From an uncultured Planctomycetaceae bacterium (GTDB taxonomy: Bacteria; Planctomycetota; Planctomycetia; Planctomycetales; Planctomycetaceae), in the NCBI GenBank assembly GCA_963815195.1, contig CAWFGE010000006.1, positions 96,001-160,000 of the forward strand: DNA of 64,000 nt, read 5' to 3'. Positions 30,114 to 41,200 of this stretch are shown here, in pieces (the first letter of the stretch is position 1; each line of letters begins with the position of its first letter). A program made the translations under genes and the position numbers. The notes under the pieces are model-generated. The model made no database searches. It was not told where the DNA came from and saw only the letters and a program-made list of their open reading frames with translations.

Positions 30114-31391
30114 GTGAACCATCCAAAGCCCAGCCTGCTGAAGTTGATCGGTCCGGGAATCCTCGTCGCGGCCACCGGCGTGGGAGCCGGGGACCTCGCG
30201 ACCGGAGCCTTCACCGGCAGCCGACTGGGTGTGGCGGTGTTGTGGGCCGTCGTGTTGGGCGCGTTCCTCAAATACGTCCTCACCGAAGGCCTGGCCCGCT
30301 GGCAGTTGGCGACCGGGGAAACGCTTTTGGAAGGCGTGTGCCATCGCTCCGGGCGGATCGTGGATGTGTTCTTTCTCGCGTATCTCGTGCTGTGGAGTTT
30401 TTTCGTGGGCGGTGCGCTGATCAGCGCCTGCGGCGTCGCGTTTCATGCGATCTTGCCGATGATCGACGCCCAACACGATAAGATTCACTACGGAATCATT
30501 CATAGCGCAGTGGCCGTCTTGCTGGTCCGGCTGGGCGGGTATCGGCTGTTTGAAAAAGTGATGAGCGCGTGCATCGGCGTAATGTTCGTCACGGTCGTCG
30601 CCGCCGCAATTGCCGTCCGGCCGGATTGGTCCGCGATTCTCCGCGGCTTGTTCGTGCCGACGATTCCGAATGCCGACGGCCAGGCATTGGGATGGACGAT
30701 CGCCCTCATGGGCGGCGTGGGCGGGACGCTGACCGTGCTGTGCTACGGCTACTGGATTCGCGAAGAAGGCCGCACGGGGCTGGGCGATGTCAAAATCTGC
30801 CGGGTGGACCTCGCCACCGGTTATGTGATGACCGCGATCTTCGGCCTGGGCATGGTCATCCTGGGCAGCCGATTGGAAGTGGGAGCAGGCAAAGGGGCCG
30901 ATCTAGTGGTTCTGCTTGCCGATGAGTTGAAAACTTCGCTCGGCTCGGTCGGTCCCATTGGCCGCTGGGCGTTTTTGCTGGGGGCTTGGGGAGCGGTGTT
31001 TAGCAGTCTGCTCGGCGTCTGGCAAAGCGTGCCGTACTTGTTCGCGGACTTTCTGCGAATCGCCAAGCGGGAGGAAAACGTCAAACAGGTTCCGGTCAAC
31101 GTCGGGTCCCGCGGCTATAAACTCTATCTCTACGCCCTCGCGACGATTCCGGCGTTGGGATTGTTTGTGGAGTTCCAGTCGCTGCAAAAGACTTATGCGA
31201 TCATCGGGGCCGCGTTCATGCCGCTGTTGGCGCTCGTGCTGTTGATCTTGAACGGTCAAAAACGCTGGATCGGCAAGCAATTTCGCAATTCGCTTTTCAC
31301 GAATCTGCTTCTCATAATGACGCTGTTGTTTTTCGTCGCGGTTGGGATCAACGAAGTCTCCAAATACCTTCCCAAAAGTTGGTTCCACTGA
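30114..31391 (+). CDS. Nramp-family divalent metal transporter
   Basis: GPGILVAATGVGAGDL, EGLARWQLATGETL, multiple TM helices. Confidence 0.85.
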   Translation: MNHPKPSLLKLIGPGILVAATGVGAGDLATGAFTGSRLGVAVLWAVVLGAFLKYVLTEGLARWQLATGETLLEGVCHRSGRIVDVFFLAYLVLWSFFVGGALISACGVAFHAILPMIDAQHDKIHYGIIHSAVAVLLVRLGGYRLFEKVMSACIGVMFVTVVAAAIAVRPDWSAILRGLFVPTIPNADGQALGWTIALMGGVGGTLTVLCYGYWIREEGRTGLGDVKICRVDLATGYVMTAIFGLGMVILGSRLEVGAGKGADLVVLLADELKTSLGSVGPIGRWAFLLGAWGAVFSSLLGVWQSVPYLFADFLRIAKREENVKQVPVNVGSRGYKLYLYALATIPALGLFVEFQSLQKTYAIIGAAFMPLLALVLLILNGQKRWIGKQFRNSLFTNLLLIMTLLFFVAVGINEVSKYLPKSWFH

Positions 31392-31452
31392 TGGATCCGC
31401 GGCGGAAATCATCAATCCTTAAACCATTCAGAATAATCCAGAAAGGTTCATC

Positions 31453-32326
31453 ATGCGGCATTGGCTTTATCTTTTGGTTTTGATGGGAACGGCGGCTGCG
31501 GCGCAGGCGGATGACTCGGCTTATCAACTTGGGCCGGATTCCCAACGGCAGGCGGGCGTTCCCCGCGGGAAAGTCACCAAGCACGAGTGGACGAGCAAAA
31601 TCTTTCCCGGCACAAAGCGGGATTATTGGGTGTATGTCCCGGCTCAATACGACGAATCCAAGCCCGCGGCGGTGATGGTCTTTCAAGACGGGCACACCTA
31701 CGTGAGCGAAGACGGCGACTTTCGCGTGCCCATCGTGTTCGACAACCTGATCCACAAAGGCGAGATGCCCGCGGCCATCGGCGTCTTCATTAACCCCGGC
31801 CACAAAGGGGAAGGCAATCCCGCTTCGCCTTGGCGGGCGAACAACCGCAGCTTCGAGTACGACACGCTCAGCGATCAGTACGCCCGGTTTCTGCTTGAAG
31901 AAATCCTCCCGGAAGTCGGCAAGTCCCACCGCTTGACCGATGATCCCAACCGGCGGGCGATTTGCGGGATTTCGTCCGGCGGAATTTGCGCGTGGACCGC
32001 CGCCTGGGAACGGCCCGGCGCTTTTCGCAAAGTGCTCAGCCACGTGGGGAGCTTCACCAACATCCGCGGCGGCAATGTCTATCCCGCGCATCCGCAAAAC
32101 CGAGCCCAAGCCGATCCGCGTCTTCCTGCAGGACGGGGAAAACGATCTGGACAACGCCCACGGCAACTGGTGGCTGTCCAACCAGCAAATGGCCGCCGCC
32201 CTCAAGTTCCAAAAGTACGATTACAAATTCGTAGGGGGCGCAGGCGGCCACAACGGCAAACACGGCGGTGCGATCCTGCCGGACTCCCTCCGCTGGCTGT
32301 GGCGGGATCACGCGGCCTCCGAATAG
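31453..32326 (+). CDS. Secreted alpha/beta hydrolase (enterochelin esterase-like), frameshift near 32088
   Basis: [29 protein letters not shown] nucleophile elbow; C-terminus [13 protein letters not shown]...GGHNGKH in ORF 31940..32326. Confidence 0.85.
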
Positions 32327-32350
32327 ATGACCGCCGGAGGCACGGCTCTG

Positions 32351-32818
32351 TTAAACTTTGGCCTTGGCGTCCTGCTTTCGGGTTTTCAAATAGTCGGCGA
32401 GATTGGCCGAGTCGTTGGTGCCCAGGCGGAGCGGGCTTCCGTGAAGTTGGAGTTCCACGCACTCGAGGCCCCACAGGTTCCACGTCCAGCCCCGGCCGGG
32501 AATGAAGTGAATCCCCCAGCCGTCAACGATCCGCGAGCGCGTCGCTTGGAATTCTTGGATTTCGTCAAAGCGGATCCACGTGGAAAACAAGGGCAGCGGA
32601 CCGAAATGCACCCAAAGAGTCTCCTCTTCGTCTTCGACGGTCAGCGTCGTCATCGTGAGCAGAAGAAAAATACTCAAGCCGATGATGCACAGCATGGCAA
32701 ACCACACCCAAAAATCCGCCCGCCAGTTCCAGCCGGCGGCCACGCTCGCCACGATGACAGCCAACAGCCCGTAACGCACGGGCGAAACCTGGGTGTGGGA
32801 GTAATGCGGCGCTTGCAT
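32351..32818 (-). CDS. Hypothetical membrane protein
   Basis: YSHTQ, two TM helices, GWGIH...WTWNLWG, LRLGTND. Confidence 0.7.
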   Translation of the reverse strand: MQAPHYSHTQVSPVRYGLLAVIVASVAAGWNWRADFWVWFAMLCIIGLSIFLLLTMTTLTVEDEEETLWVHFGPLPLFSTWIRFDEIQEFQATRSRIVDGWGIHFIPGRGWTWNLWGLECVELQLHGSPLRLGTNDSANLADYLKTRKQDAKAKV

Positions 32819-33928
32819 CAGTTGTTCGCGGGCGGAGGGGAATTGGCTTCGGGAACGAGAGACGCGGCGGTTTTGTCGTTGGGCCAATAAGTCCACTGCG
32901 GCTCCAGGCACGAGCGGAACTCGCTTTCCGACTCCCCAAACCGGTCCCCGTACCGGGAAAAATGCTGCACGATCGTCCGCCGCCAGACCGGCGGGCGTTT
33001 GTCTTCGGGATACCGGTCCGCCGTCTTCGTGAAGAACCAGGCCCGCTCCAGGGCGTCGGCGGGAGGCGTTTTCACATTTTCAAACAAGCCCGGCACGCTG
33101 CCCGCGCTTTGCCAGTCCCGCGGCAGCTCGGCTTGGGCTTTGATCGACGCCTTCCAGTTGCAAACCTCCGAAGCGGTGTGCAGGTCCTCGGCTCCGTTCC
33201 AGACGGCGTCCGAGGGCTTGAGTTCGCCGCTGTCGGCCATTTCCTTCAGCTTGGGGAATTTCACCGGACCGTCCACATAGCGGTAGCCGTTCGAGAATCC
33301 CGCCATGTAAATCGTGAAAAAATCCGTCTCGCGGTCCACGCCCCGGAACATCGCCACGCCGTAGATCGCGTTCTCGTCGCCTTTGTCCTCCGGGGTCGCC
33401 GGCGGCACGGTCTGCATGATCTCCACCGAATTCTTATAGTAATTCTTTTGGTTCCGGCCTTCCCGGCGATTGATCGCCGCCTGGGCTTCCGGCAGGATCA
33501 CGTCTTGATAGAATCTCCTGCACCGGCATGCCGTTCGTGATGTCGTCGGTGCGAAGCGTGAACACCGGCACGAACATCGGCAGGCTCGGTTCCTGGTCGT
33601 CGTCGTTTTGCGGAGTGTTCGGGGCGCCGGCCTTCTTGTCGAGCGACCGGTTGATCGACTTGTAAACCAGATACCAGACGTTTTCCCGCTGCTGTTTTCC
33701 GGTCTTGGGATTCGTGAGCGTGACCTCGATCATCCGCATCGGCTTGAAGTGCACCTCCATGATCCACAAATTGCGCATTGCGCTGAGTTCTTCACCCGTC
33801 GGCACGACCTTGGCAACCAGGGGGTATTCCTTGCGGGTGGGGGGCTGGCCGAAACCGGTCGAAACCGATCCCAGCACGGCAAACAGCACAAGTCCGCCGA
33901 GAAGGCGGTGATTGACGAAACAAGGCAT
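32818..33928 (-). CDS. Conserved planctomycete hypothetical exported protein, frameshift near 33513
   Basis: ORF 33434..33928 (signal peptide, FKPMRMI, VWYLVY, FVPVFTL) joins ORF 32818..33501 (IYGVAMF, TDFFTIYMAGFSNGY). Confidence 0.7.
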
Positions 33929-34198
33929 GGGCAGAAACGTCCGCGAGAGATTGGGAGAAGAAGTGCGATTCCAGCATTTTTATGTTCTTCCAATATATCA
34001 CCCTAAAAAAAGCCCCGTCAAGAACCTCGCGGCCTGACCCGTTTCAGTTGGCGAAGTTCCTGACAATCATCCATCCTGATTCGCCTTTCGCCCGGCGAGA
34101 CCGGAATGGAGCCGGGAAAACCTTGTGACGGCCCGAAAGCCGCCTTACAATCGCGCCATTCGACATTTTCCGAATCTTGACGAAATCGCATTGATCGA

Positions 34199-34777
34199 AT
34201 GACTCACGAATCCGCCCCTTACGTGCGCAGTCCCGAACTGTTGTCCCGCGGCCGTTGCCGATTGCTGATCGTGGATGTGCAGGAGAAATTGATCCCGCTG
34301 ATTCCCGTCGCGGACCAGCTCATCACGAACTGCCGAAAGCTGCTCGAAGGAGCCGCGGCCTTGGGCATTCCCGCGGGGGGGACGGAGCAATATCCCCGCG
34401 GCCTGGGGCAGATGGTGCCCGAGTTGGCCGAACGGCTCGGCGAGATGCCCGAGAAAGTCCGCTTCAGTTGTGCGGAGGCGCTGGCTTGGGGGCCGGCGGG
34501 TGCGGATCCGGACGCGAAAGATCAAATTATCGTGGCGGGCATCGAGGCCCACGTGTGCGTCTTGCAAACGGTGCTCGACCTGTTGGCGGCGGGCTACCGG
34601 GTGTATGTGCCCGCGGACGCCGTCGCCAGCCGCAAAAAGCTCGACTGGAAAATCGCCTTGGGCCGCATGGCCGACAGCGGTGCCGTGGTGACTACCACGG
34701 AATCGGTCCTGTTCGAATGCTGCGAGGTCGCCGGCAGCGAAGAATTCAAAACCATCAGCCGGCTGGTGAAGGAGTAA
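34199..34777 (+). CDS. Isochorismatase-family hydrolase
   Basis: LLIVDVQEKL, TEQYPRGLG, EKVRFSC, GIEAHVCVLQT, DAVASR. Confidence 0.92.
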   Translation: MTHESAPYVRSPELLSRGRCRLLIVDVQEKLIPLIPVADQLITNCRKLLEGAAALGIPAGGTEQYPRGLGQMVPELAERLGEMPEKVRFSCAEALAWGPAGADPDAKDQIIVAGIEAHVCVLQTVLDLLAAGYRVYVPADAVASRKKLDWKIALGRMADSGAVVTTTESVLFECCEVAGSEEFKTISRLVKE

Positions 34778-34919
34778 GGAGTCGCCTGAGCGACGCGGGC
34801 TGCCGGGGTCGGGTCCGTAACGTCTTTCGCGGTCGTTGCCGCCATTTTGTCCCTTGGAGCGGAATCCCTCGGGGAAACGGAACACTCTTGGCGGCTCGTC
34901 GCATCCACGCATCCACGCA

Positions 34920-35120
34920 TCAACAGGCAATGCAGGACCGTTCGTTCGCGGCCCGCGTCGCCTGGACGAGGATTTGCTTCATCTCCTCCAGCGAAGGCTC
35001 ATGGCGAAGATCCAGGCCCGCGCGGGTGAGGACATCGGTGACGATTTCCACCACGTCCGGCTCGCATTGGCTGCCGCGAATCTCGTCGCGGATTTCTTCG
35101 ATCAAGTCAACAAATTTCAT
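34920..35120 (-). CDS. Small hypothetical protein
   Basis: MKFVDLIEEIRDEI...; gagga RBS upstream. Confidence 0.55.
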   Translation of the reverse strand: MKFVDLIEEIRDEIRGSQCEPDVVEIVTDVLTRAGLDLRHEPSLEEMKQILVQATRAANERSCIAC

Positions 35121-35473
35121 TTTCGTATTCCTCGTGATTTGTATTCTCTTATATCCCGCTTTGGACACATAGGTTTCATCGATGTTCGCCTCGACGAGCC
35201 GTCAATGAAGGATTTCAAGCCGCCGGTTTTGCAATCGCCAAACCCCACGGAGAGTGCGAAGATGGGGAAAATGTGGGGCAATCAACGCTTTCTGATGTTC
35301 TATACGCTCGTCAGGCGATCGGTTTTGCAGAGATTCCCGACGACTTTTCCAGATTTCGCATTCCCACTTCTGTGACGCGGCTCGCGGGACATCGTTCCGT
35401 AACGGGAGTGTAACTTTTGATGGGAGACATCCGTGGGACGGACCTGAGCCAATCCGCCCGGGGGGGTGCGAAG

Positions 35474-35641
35474 CTACGCATCCTGTTTTTCCAGCAGCAC
35501 CAAAATCAGCGTGGCTAAGGGGCCGAACAGCAGCGAAAGCAGAAACCACGCCAGCCCGCTCCGATTCTTCCCCTGGGCGATGCCGGCATTGAGCAAGGCC
35601 AGGGTCCCCCAGCCGACGGCGTATTGCTGTGCGTTCTCCAT
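35474..35641 (-). CDS. Small two-TM hypothetical protein
   Basis: MENAQQYAVGWGTLALLNAGIAQGKNRSGLAWFLLSLLFGPLAT. Confidence 0.7.
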   Translation of the reverse strand: MENAQQYAVGWGTLALLNAGIAQGKNRSGLAWFLLSLLFGPLATLILVLLEKQDA

Positions 35642-35729
35642 GGGAAATCCGCTTGCATCAATAATCATTGTTTGAATTGCACTCGATGGGAAAACGAAAT
35701 CCGAGCCGATTTGGTTCACAAGAAAAAGG

Positions 35730-35830
35730 CAGAATTCGCGCGGGGAGACGTCGCCATCTCCGTTTCGGTCCATGCGCTCAAAGCACACCGGGGCCGAGGG
35801 AGGTGGCTCGGCCGTTTGGAAAGTCCGGAA
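35730..35830 (-). pseudogene. EF-hand gene remnant
   Basis: PVCFERMDRNGDGDVSPREF has a canonical DxNxDGxVxxxE loop but no proper gene context. Confidence 0.45.
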
Positions 35831-35871
35831 CGACGTGTTGGGCAAATGGGCCCTCAACCACGAAAGCGCAT

Positions 35872-35899
35872 AAAAAAAACCGCCCCTTGGCGGTTTTTT
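35872..35899 (-). terminator. Rho-independent terminator after the putative 6S RNA
   Basis: aaaaaaccgcc/ggcggtttttt stem with A/U tracts on both sides. Confidence 0.85.
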
Positions 35900-35910
35900 C
35901 GATCGGCCGC

Positions 35911-36064
35911 TCAGCCTCATGAGCGTGTGAGTCGCGGGTTCCCCAGTGGCAGGACGTGAGGGCGGGTTGGTACGTCCGAACTCAACAAGCCATTCAGCGG
36001 ACCGAACCTCTTTAAAAACCACTCACCGCGGATCAGCGAAGCTCACCCCCGGTCATGAGGCTGC
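35911..36064 (-). ncRNA. ssrS: Putative 6S RNA (long hairpin with central bubble)
   Basis: Closing stem cagcctcatga/tcatgaggctg, inner stems gtgag/ctcac, tcgc/gcga, agtgg/ccact, A/U-rich bubble, apical gtccg/cggac; followed directly by a terminator. Confidence 0.6.
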
Positions 36065-36298
36065 CTTTCGATACTTATGTCTTCCAACTTCGGCCAACCC
36101 TCCTTTCATCAAACGCGAAAAGGGGCATCAACGGGAGGGCGAGTCCACGTCGATGAATGGTCAAGGTCGAACACATTTTCCACCGCTGATTATATCGACT
36201 GGGAAAACGATGTGAAGAAAAATTCTCCGGAATTTGCGCGAGTTTCCAGATTTCAGAGGAACTCCCAGTGACCAAATCTCGAGAACGTCGGCAGAAAC

Positions 36299-36395
36299 GG
36301 GTGCCACTGGCAACTTGTTGCCAGTGTTTCACCTTCGATCGGAGCAAAAGATGTGATACCCGCAATTCACTGGCAGCAAGCGGCCAGTGGCACCC
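36299..36395. repeat. REP doublet, family A
   Basis: gggtgccactggcaacttgttgccagtg ... cactggcagcaagcggccagtggcaccc. Confidence 0.9.
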
Positions 36396-36419
36396 GACAA
36401 GAACTTTCGAGATAAGGCC

Positions 36420-37358
36420 CTACTGCCGGACCGGGTCGCTGGGGCCGGCGGGTTTCATGGATTGGCGGATGCCGCGCTCGATTTCGTCGGCATTTAAGAC
36501 GTGGCGGGTCTTCACGTATCGCATCGGGGCTTTTTTGAACTCCGCCCGGCTCTCGGCGGTTTGAAACAGATAGAGCGACCCGTCGAAATAGGCCCCATAT
36601 TTGGTGCTCCCGGGAATGGCCCGGTCGGTTTTCTGCAAGACCACCGGGTCGCAGCCCAAAAGCCGGGGCACGTATTTGCCGGGGTTCGCCTGAAACTCTT
36701 CGAGTTCCGTCTCGGTCGCCATGTGGTAAGCCACGCCCTTGTGGTAGGCCGTATGGTCCGATTTGCCCTTCCGCCATTCCCGCCAGTTGTAAAGCGAAAC
36801 GGGGCTGTAGCCATCCAATCCGACGATCGGCTCCGGAGGCGGTTCGGGTTTCAGACGGTTCTCTTCCTTCGCGAGCAGCGTGCCGGGTTCGGGTTCCGCA
36901 GGCAATGGCTGCTCGGGTTGGGGCCGCAGGCGGTTGCTCAAGCGATCGAGCCGGGCCAGGTAGGTTCGCTTCTCCTGATAGCCCCGCGTCTCGACCACCA
37001 CCTGCCCTTGAGCCGTGACGACCACATCGGCCGGCAGCGAGCGGACGCCGAACTTCTTGAGCACGTCCGGCTCGCGGTCGGCATCGACTTTCACGCCCAC
37101 GAAGTTCCGCTTGAGATGGGCCGACAGTTCCGGCGAGTGGAGCACGTCGCGATCCATCCGCCGGCAAGGAATGCACCACTGGGCGGAAAAATGGATCAAC
37201 AGCGGCCGCCCGAGCCTCTGGGCCTCGGCCTCGGCCGTCCGAAAGTCGGTCAGCCAGCCCGTCTCGTCCGGAGATTTTGCCGACGCCTCCCGGCCGGGAC
37301 AAACCGCCCCCGTCCAAACCGCGAGAACAAAAATCCAACTCCAGCGCGGCACGGGCAT
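36420..37358 (-). CDS. Thioredoxin-family protein with a C-terminal YHS-like domain
   Basis: FSAQWCIPCRRM (WCxxC), FVGVKVDAD; GLDGYSPV, FQANPGKY, GCDPV. Confidence 0.85.
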   Translation of the reverse strand: MPVPRWSWIFVLAVWTGAVCPGREASAKSPDETGWLTDFRTAEAEAQRLGRPLLIHFSAQWCIPCRRMDRDVLHSPELSAHLKRNFVGVKVDADREPDVLKKFGVRSLPADVVVTAQGQVVVETRGYQEKRTYLARLDRLSNRLRPQPEQPLPAEPEPGTLLAKEENRLKPEPPPEPIVGLDGYSPVSLYNWREWRKGKSDHTAYHKGVAYHMATETELEEFQANPGKYVPRLLGCDPVVLQKTDRAIPGSTKYGAYFDGSLYLFQTAESRAEFKKAPMRYVKTRHVLNADEIERGIRQSMKPAGPSDPVRQ

Positions 37359-37595
37359 TGGGGACTCCCTCGAGAATGCGGAACGACGGACCGGTGCAAG
37401 GTCCCTTCCTCTTCTCTATCGGCCCGTCCCCGGGAGCCGGTTGTGAGCCATCCGCCGGTTCCCCTCCAATCAGAAAGACCCCTACGGACCGGGGTGTGAT
37501 TATACCGGTCGGACGCATCGCGCCGCCCGCCGAGTCGATAGAACCCGCAAACTTCGCCCGACCCGAACCGCTGTCCCAGACGTGAATCTCTCGCG

Positions 37596-38165
37596 TTATG
37601 ACTCCGCGTTGGCCGCCTTGCCGTAGTTGTCCTCGCCCCACACCCGCTGGTTGAAGTCGGCCGACCGGCCGCGGGGGATCGTGATGGTTTCCCAATTTTC
37701 CCCCGCCCAATGCCGGGCCAACATCAAGATTTGCCCGACATGGTAACTCGAGTGGGCCAGCGAGCGCTGCATAGCGAGTGGCACCGAATGCGGTTCGCCG
37801 CGAATCGTCACGGTCTTAAGCAGATCCTCCGGAGACAACGACTTCAGGGAATGGAACAGGCATTCCCAGCCCTGTTCCCAGTACGCGAGTATCTCCTCGC
37901 GGCTCTGAAAGTCATCGACGAACTCCCGATCGCGGTTCCGCCAGGGTTTTTCGCCGTCGGTCGTCAAGAAATCCGTCCAGCGGGAAAGCAGATTCCCCGC
38001 GATGTGCTTCATGATGACCGCGACCGAGTTCGTGTTCTCATCCAGCGGCCGGCGAAGCGGCTCCTCGGACAGCTGCAAGATCGCCTTGTCCGCCCAACGC
38101 TTGTGGTTTTCAAAGACGGAGATGGTGCTTTCGAGAAGCACCTTCCCCAATTCGGCATCGCTCAT
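37596..38165 (-). CDS. DUF1572 (DinB-like) protein
   Basis: NSVAVIMKHIAGNLLSRWTDFLTTDGEKPWRNRDREF, HSSYHVGQI. Confidence 0.92.
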   Translation of the reverse strand: MSDAELGKVLLESTISVFENHKRWADKAILQLSEEPLRRPLDENTNSVAVIMKHIAGNLLSRWTDFLTTDGEKPWRNRDREFVDDFQSREEILAYWEQGWECLFHSLKSLSPEDLLKTVTIRGEPHSVPLAMQRSLAHSSYHVGQILMLARHWAGENWETITIPRGRSADFNQRVWGEDNYGKAANAES

Positions 38166-38258
38166 CGCTGTCCTCACCAATGCAGCAGATTTTAAGTAGC
38201 GCGGCGTCTTGCCGCGGAAGATCGATCACGGCGGCTGAAAGCCGCTACGACAATAACG

Positions 38259-41200
38259 CTATTCGACTTTCAATTCCAGGCTTTCCGAGTGGCTGTTGAA
38301 CTCGGGGGCATACATGCATTCGATGGACGCGTAGCCCGTCTGGTAATCGCCCTTAAGCTGCACGCGGAGCGAATACTCGAACACATAGGTCCCCTTGGGG
38401 AGGTAATCGATGAAGAAATGGCTCGCCGTGTCGCGGGTGGATTCGTAATAAGCGAGGCCGTCTTGATAGCGGTACTGCGAGAGCACGTTCACCGGCTCGG
38501 TGCCGCTGCCGCGGTAATCTTTCAGATGGATGTACTCCATGCTGCGGTCGGTTTTGAGCACCACGCGGACGACGAGTTCATCCCCCACGTTGACGGGGCC
38601 GTCCACGCGTTCGAGCGTCGGGCCTTTCTTCGTGAACTTCTTGATGTAAAGCTGCTTCGTGAGCTTGAGCGGCGTGCCTTCGTATCCGGTGACCTGGCTC
38701 AAGTCTTCCAGGTACTGCCAGTTCACGCTGCCCCAGGCCACGCCTTCGTCGAGCTTCTTCACCGTGATCTTGCCGAGCTTGGGCTGGATTTCCTTGCCGG
38801 TGAACCGCTCTTCATAAAACCCGGTGCCGGCTTCGACATCTTCCGGCTCGACTTTTTGATCGTCGAGCGCGACTTCCACCAGCGCATCGGACGCCAGCCC
38901 CTCCGTGCCTCGCAATAGCAGCGCATACACCGCATCGGCGGTGGCTTTCGTCGTTTTCCAGTCCTGGGTTTGCTTTTGCTTCAACAGCCAGACCTTGCAG
39001 TCTTCCACGGCTGCCTGATCGTGGACAACTTCATCGAAGGCTTCGATCATCATCGCCTGGGTTTCGATCGGGCGCGATACCACCACCAGGAAAGCTCCAA
39101 CTGCGGCCAATACCGGCCGAGTTCCTCATCTTCTTTCGACCGCTCTTTGAGCGACGCCATGATGCCCTTGGCCGTCTCCAGATCGTCGAAGCGTTTGAGG
39201 GCCACCGCGAGATGGGCCTGCGACTGCAAGACGCCCAACTCCAGCCAATACTTCTTCGCCTGGCCGAGCCAATAATTGACCGCCGTTTTGTGGGCGGGGG
39301 CGATCGGCTGGTCGTCAAGGAAAAAGCTCCGGCCGTAGAGGTAAAACGCGATCAGCGAGGAAAGATGATTCTTGTCCCGCTTGTCGGCGGGGATCTTGCT
39401 ATAGATTTCCGTGACCCAGGCATCGAGGCGGGTCAGCGATTTGAGGGCGGGCGAGACATCGACCTTCGCGCCCAAATGCCGGAGCCGGCCGAAGCCGGTC
39501 GTGATATACAGCGTGATGTAATCGTTCGCCGGTCCGCCGGGGAACCAGGGCCAGCGGCCGTCTTCGTACTGCTGATCGCTGAGCTTCCGCAGCAAGCGGG
39601 CGGTTTCCTGGTTGAGGCGGTTTTCGTCGAACAGGATCCCGATGTTCCGCCGGGCCTGGCTCTCGGCTTCCGCCTGCCGGACCCAGGGCGTTTCTTCGAG
39701 CAGCACCGATTTTAAGTCTTCGTTCTGTTCGAGCGGGCTCTTCAACGTGTCGCCGCCGGTGTTTTTCCAGACGTCGAACACCCGGCGGATTTTGGGATTG
39801 CTGCCCGCAACGTGCCGGGCCAGCGAGTTGGCGTACAGCCGGTTGAAAGTCTGCTCCGTGCATTCGTAGGGATATTCCATCAGGTAAGGCAATGCCAAGA
39901 CCGCGTACCAGTTGGGATTGGAGACCATCTGCACGGTGAGTGATTTGTTGCGGATCGTTTTGGAGTCGGCGGACTTGAGCAGCCGCTCGAACTCGAAGGT
40001 CTTCGTCTGTTTGCCGCGGATGGGCAGAGGCAGCGATTCCGTGACCAAGACCCGCTTCGAAAGCACGGGCAGATAACCTTCCTCGCCGTCGGACAGTCGG
40101 CCCGTCGATCCCACCGCTTTGTAGGTCAGAAAACCCAAGCCTTCGGGGATTGTTAGCTTCCACGAGAACGACTTCGAAGCCCCCGCGGCGATTTCAAAAG
40201 TTTGATCGGTCTGGGTGTTGGCCAGTTCATCATCCACCGATTCCCCGCTGACGGCCTTGGCGAACGTCAGCCGGACTTGGCCCGTTTGCGTCGTGGGCGA
40301 TTGGTTGCTGACCTTGACGGTGAACTCGATCACATCCCCTTCGCGGACAAACCGCGGGGCGTTGGGCTGCACCATGAGGTCCTTGGCGGTGACGACTTTG
40401 TCGGTGAGTAGCCCCGCCCGCAGATTTTTGTCGTGGGCGAAGCCGAGGAACTTCCATTCGGTGAGCGCTTCGGGCATGGTGAATTCCATCCGCACGCTGC
40501 CGTCTTCGCCTGTGGTCAGATGCGGAAAGAAGAACGCGGTTTCATTGAGGTTCTTACGGGCCGAGACGTTCTCCAGGTCCGGTCCGCCCTGTCCGCCACC
40601 TTCGCCCTTGGCTTTGTCTTGGAGAGCGTTGAGGCCGCGGCCCTGCTTTTCCACGCCGTCCATGTTCTTCCGGCGTTCGGACTTGGTCTCCGCGGCCTGC
40701 GGTGCGGCTTCTCCGGGCCTGCCGGCGGCCAGCATCGAGCGGTTATTGTAGCGGTAATATGGCACCATCATGTTGACGATGTCGGCCGGGAAATGGCGAT
40801 AGGTCAAGGTCGCGTCTTTGTGGCCGACGTTCCAGTTGTGATAGATGTATTGAAAATACTTGAGCTGGTTCTCGAACTGCGACGACACCCGCGAATGATC
40901 CTGGAAAAACACCTGGAACATCTTCTGCCAATGCTGAGGGAGGTAGGCGTCGAGCGAGGCGTCGTACATGGCGGCCACGAACTCGGCGACGGTTTTCTTC
41001 GCATCGGGGCCGGTGACGACCGCGGTCCAGCTTTCCTCTTCGCCCGGCTTGAGCTTGGAGACGAAGTGCTCCCACTTCACGGTAAGTTCCTTGTTGGTCC
41101 AGGGCACTTCGACTTTGCGGGATTCGAGATAGGCCCGATTCTCGCGGACCATCGTCACGCGAACCTGAAATCCGCCCCGCATGCTTTCTTCCACTTTTTG

